A stretch of DNA of 64,000 bases from Alphaproteobacteria bacterium (GTDB lineage Bacteria > Pseudomonadota > Alphaproteobacteria > UBA828): positions 2,496,001 to 2,560,000 of the forward strand of contig OZ243972.1 of the NCBI GenBank assembly GCA_965214705.1, given 5' to 3'. The notes beneath the pieces were generated by a model. The model did no database searches. It saw only the letters and a list, made by a program, of their open reading frames with translations, and was not told the DNA's origin. This document shows positions 61,559 to 64,000 of this stretch, piece by piece; position 1 is the first letter of the stretch, and every line of letters starts with the position of its first letter. Both the position numbers and the translations under genes were made by a program.

Positions 61559-64000
61559 CTACTCAGCGGCCAGGGCTCCCACGGCGCCTTTTCCGGAACA
61601 GGGGGCCGGCGGGAAGTGGTCTTCGGGCGGGCTGGCGAACACCGACGGCTTGCGGCGAACGCGGCGCTGCTCAGAGAGGGGTGCATCCTCGATCCCGCCG
61701 CCTTCATTGTCGGCTTCCGCCTCCTCATCGCTCTTCGTGCCGAAGACGATGGCGTGCGCCAGCGACTGGCACGAAGCCGTGGTCATCAATTCGAGCGCAC
61801 TCGCCTGGAAGTTGAACTCGCTCTGGATGAACGCCCCCAGCTCGGCGACGGAGATGGAGTTGAGCCCGAAGCTGGAGAGGGGCTCTTCCAGACCGCCTTC
61901 GTCGTGGCCGCAGAGCTCGGCGACCTTGGCCGCGATCTGCGCCATGACCCCGTCCACCGTCAGCTGCTCGTCGGTGCCGACCGCGAACGCATCCTGATTG
62001 CTCATTAGGCGGCCGGACCGCATGTAGTCGGGGGAATCGACGCTCCAGAGCACGCGCTTGAAGAGCGCGGTGATCAGGTGGTCGCTATCGCCCATCGTGC
62101 GGAGCGCGTAGTCGAGGTTGGCGATGGCGCAATAGCTGCTCACCGGGGGTATACCGGCGGCCTTCATCAATCGCAGCAGGCCGAGGTTGCGCGCGGCCAT
62201 GCCGGCATCCGCGACCGCCGCCAGGTTGTAGGACAAGGCCGGCAGTCCTTGCCGGCGGCGACAGGCGGCGAGGCCGTCCAGGAAGGCGTTGGCGGCGCCG
62301 TAGTTGATCTGACCCGGATTGCCGAACGCCGACGAGAGTGACGACACCATGACGAAGTGATCGAGGGCGAGCCCTTCGGTGGCACGGTGGAGATGGAGCG
62401 CGCCGTTGGCCTTGGGCGCGAAGACCCGGGCGATGGACTGCGCCGTCAGATCCGCCAGCAAGCAGTCGTCCAGCGTGCCGGCGAGGTGGAACACGCCCTT
62501 GAGCGGCTTCTTCACGTTGGCGACGCAGCGGCGTACGTCGGCCTCGATCGCAACGTCGCCCTGGACTAGGTCGATTTCGACTCCTTCGCCCACGTCCGCG
62601 AGAGTCGTGGACTGCCGCAGCCAATACTCGCTGCGATGGCGTTCGGGGTCGCGGTCCATGAGGGTGAGGTGGCAAGCGCCGGCAGTCACGAGATAGGGCA
62701 AGAGCCTCCGGCCGAACCCGCCCAGGCCGCCGGTCACGAGATAGGTCGCGTCGGGATCCAGCAGCGGCCGCCGGTCGTCGATCGGGAAGTCCGGAGGTTG
62801 CGAAGCCGGCGGCGCCTTCAGCACCAGCTTCCCCTGGTGCTGGCCGCTGGTCATCAGGCGGAGCGCCTTCGCGTAGTCGCCGTAGGAGAAGACGGTGACC
62901 GGTAACGGCGGCACCACGCCGCGATCGAGCAAGTCGAGACAAGCCTGGGAGAGCTCGCGCGAGAGCAGCGGGTCGTCCACCATCAGGCGGTCGAGGTCGA
63001 TGGCCGCGAAGCACAGATTCTTGCGGAAGACGCGGAGGCCGAGGGCGCTGTCGGCGTAAATGTCGACCTTGCCGATCTCGCAGTGCCAGCCGCCCGCGCG
63101 CAGGGCCTCAAGGCAGAGGGACACGTGACGGCCGGCGAGCGAGTTCAGCACGACATCGACGCCCTGGCCGCCGGTCGCCTTCATCAGCCCGTCGTACCAG
63201 TCCTCGCTGTGGGAATCGAAGGCCGCCCGGACTCCCAGCGCGAGCAACTGGTCGCGTTTTTTCTCGCTGCCTGCCGTGGCGTAGATCTCGGCGCCCACGT
63301 CGTTCGCGAGCGCGATGGCGGCTTGCCCGATTCCGCCCATGGCCGAGTGGATCAGGACGCGCTGGCCCTTGCGCAGCCGGGCCAGGTGAATCAACGAGTA
63401 ATACGCGGTGACGTAGACCGAGAGCGACGATGCGGCCTCTTCCATGGTGAGGCCCGCAGGCTTGGGGAACACGCGGTGCTGGCCCACCACCGTGCGATTG
63501 GCGATACAGCCGCCGTCGACGAAGACCACCTCGTCGCCGGGCTCGAGTTCTTCCACAGCTGTACCGGCGCGGCGGACCACGCCGCTCGCCTCCATGCCCA
63601 CCTCGCGGCCCAGCGCCGAGCGCTCGTAGGCCAGCGCCGGAAGCAGCCCGAGCGTTACCATGACGTCGCGGAAGTTGAGCGCCGACGCGGCGACGTCGAT
63701 CTCCACGGCGTGCGGGGCCAGCGGCGGAGGATCGAAGGTCTTCATCCTGAGGCCGGCGATCTGCCCCGCGTTATCCAGGAAGAGCCGATAGGGCGGGTCT
63801 TCACCGGCGGGGACGCGCGGGTGCTGATCACGATTGCTTACGACGCGCGGCGCCCACAATTGGCCTTCGTGCACAGCAAGCTCCCGCTCGCGCAGGTCGT
63901 GACGCGCGATCCACGCCAGCGTTTCGAGATCATCGGCGGCGCCCAGATCCACCAGGCGGAAATCGAGCTGGGCCTCCTCGCCGACCTCCATGGCCATGGT
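61559..64000 (-). CDS. Type I PKS/FAS C-terminal ER-KR-ACP domains (SwfA-like); 5' end outside the window
   Basis: LNFRDV, LIHSAMGGIG (ER); TYLVTGGLGGFG, GQINYGAAN (KR); FGLNSI (ACP). Confidence 0.92.
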   Translation of the reverse strand, partial: TMAMEVGEEAQLDFRLVDLGAADDLETLAWIARHDLRERELAVHEGQLWAPRVVSNRDQHPRVPAGEDPPYRLFLDNAGQIAGLRMKTFDPPPLAPHAVEIDVAASALNFRDVMVTLGLLPALAYERSALGREVGMEASGVVRRAGTAVEELEPGDEVVFVDGGCIANRTVVGQHRVFPKPAGLTMEEAASSLSVYVTAYYSLIHLARLRKGQRVLIHSAMGGIGQAAIALANDVGAEIYATAGSEKKRDQLLALGVRAAFDSHSEDWYDGLMKATGGQGVDVVLNSLAGRHVSLCLEALRAGGWHCEIGKVDIYADSALGLRVFRKNLCFAAIDLDRLMVDDPLLSRELSQACLDLLDRGVVPPLPVTVFSYGDYAKALRLMTSGQHQGKLVLKAPPASQPPDFPIDDRRPLLDPDATYLVTGGLGGFGRRLLPYLVTAGACHLTLMDRDPERHRSEYWLRQSTTLADVGEGVEIDLVQGDVAIEADVRRCVANVKKPLKGVFHLAGTLDDCLLADLTAQSIARVFAPKANGALHLHRATEGLALDHFVMVSSLSSAFGNPGQINYGAANAFLDGLAACRRRQGLPALSYNLAAVADAGMAARNLGLLRLMKAAGIPPVSSYCAIANLDYALRTMGDSDHLITALFKRVLWSVDSPDYMRSGRLMSNQDAFAVGTDEQLTVDGVMAQIAAKVAELCGHDEGGLEEPLSSFGLNSISVAELGAFIQSEFNFQASALELMTTASCQSLAHAIVFGTKSDEEAEADNEGGGIEDAPLSEQRRVRRKPSVFASPPEDHFPPAPCSGKGAVGALAAE

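Noticed and set aside
1-64000. tRNA or rRNA genes
   Set aside because: None recognised by eye; a tRNAscan/Rfam run would be needed to exclude them.

Overview
High-GC bacterial window. The gene content (swf-like PKS, plant-type LRR protein, many IS elements) suggests an alphaproteobacterial marine or sponge symbiont; this is inference. The left part (1-38.7 kb) is a surface-polysaccharide locus: an LRR/O-antigen-ligase fusion, four GT4 and three GT2 glycosyltransferases, a flippase, an AsnB-like amidotransferase, galE and GDP-heptose genes (hddC, hddA, gmhB, gmhA). It is heavily disrupted by mobile DNA, and most element ends and target-site duplications (TSDs) can be read directly. The elements are three copies of a 2752-bp IS66, two ISBst12-type IS66 (one carrying a DNA adenine methyltransferase), an IS1595 with four 167-bp MITEs, an integrase plus IS91-type unit nested in an unclassified element, a DUF4338-ISAs1 element nested in another ISAs1, and relaxase/IS3/IS1634 debris. 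The right part (38.7-64 kb) is largely intact metabolism. It holds a truncated MHPCO-like flavin oxygenase, a Dpp-type ABC transporter, an orphan CoA-transferase subunit, an hmfABCDE-like operon coupled to larCEB with no larA in view, hicBA, a dienelactone hydrolase-SnoaL fusion, an AmrB-AmrA fusion and the 3' part of an swfA/swfB-like PKS with a reductase-sulfotransferase. All family assignments are from motif recognition; no database search was run.
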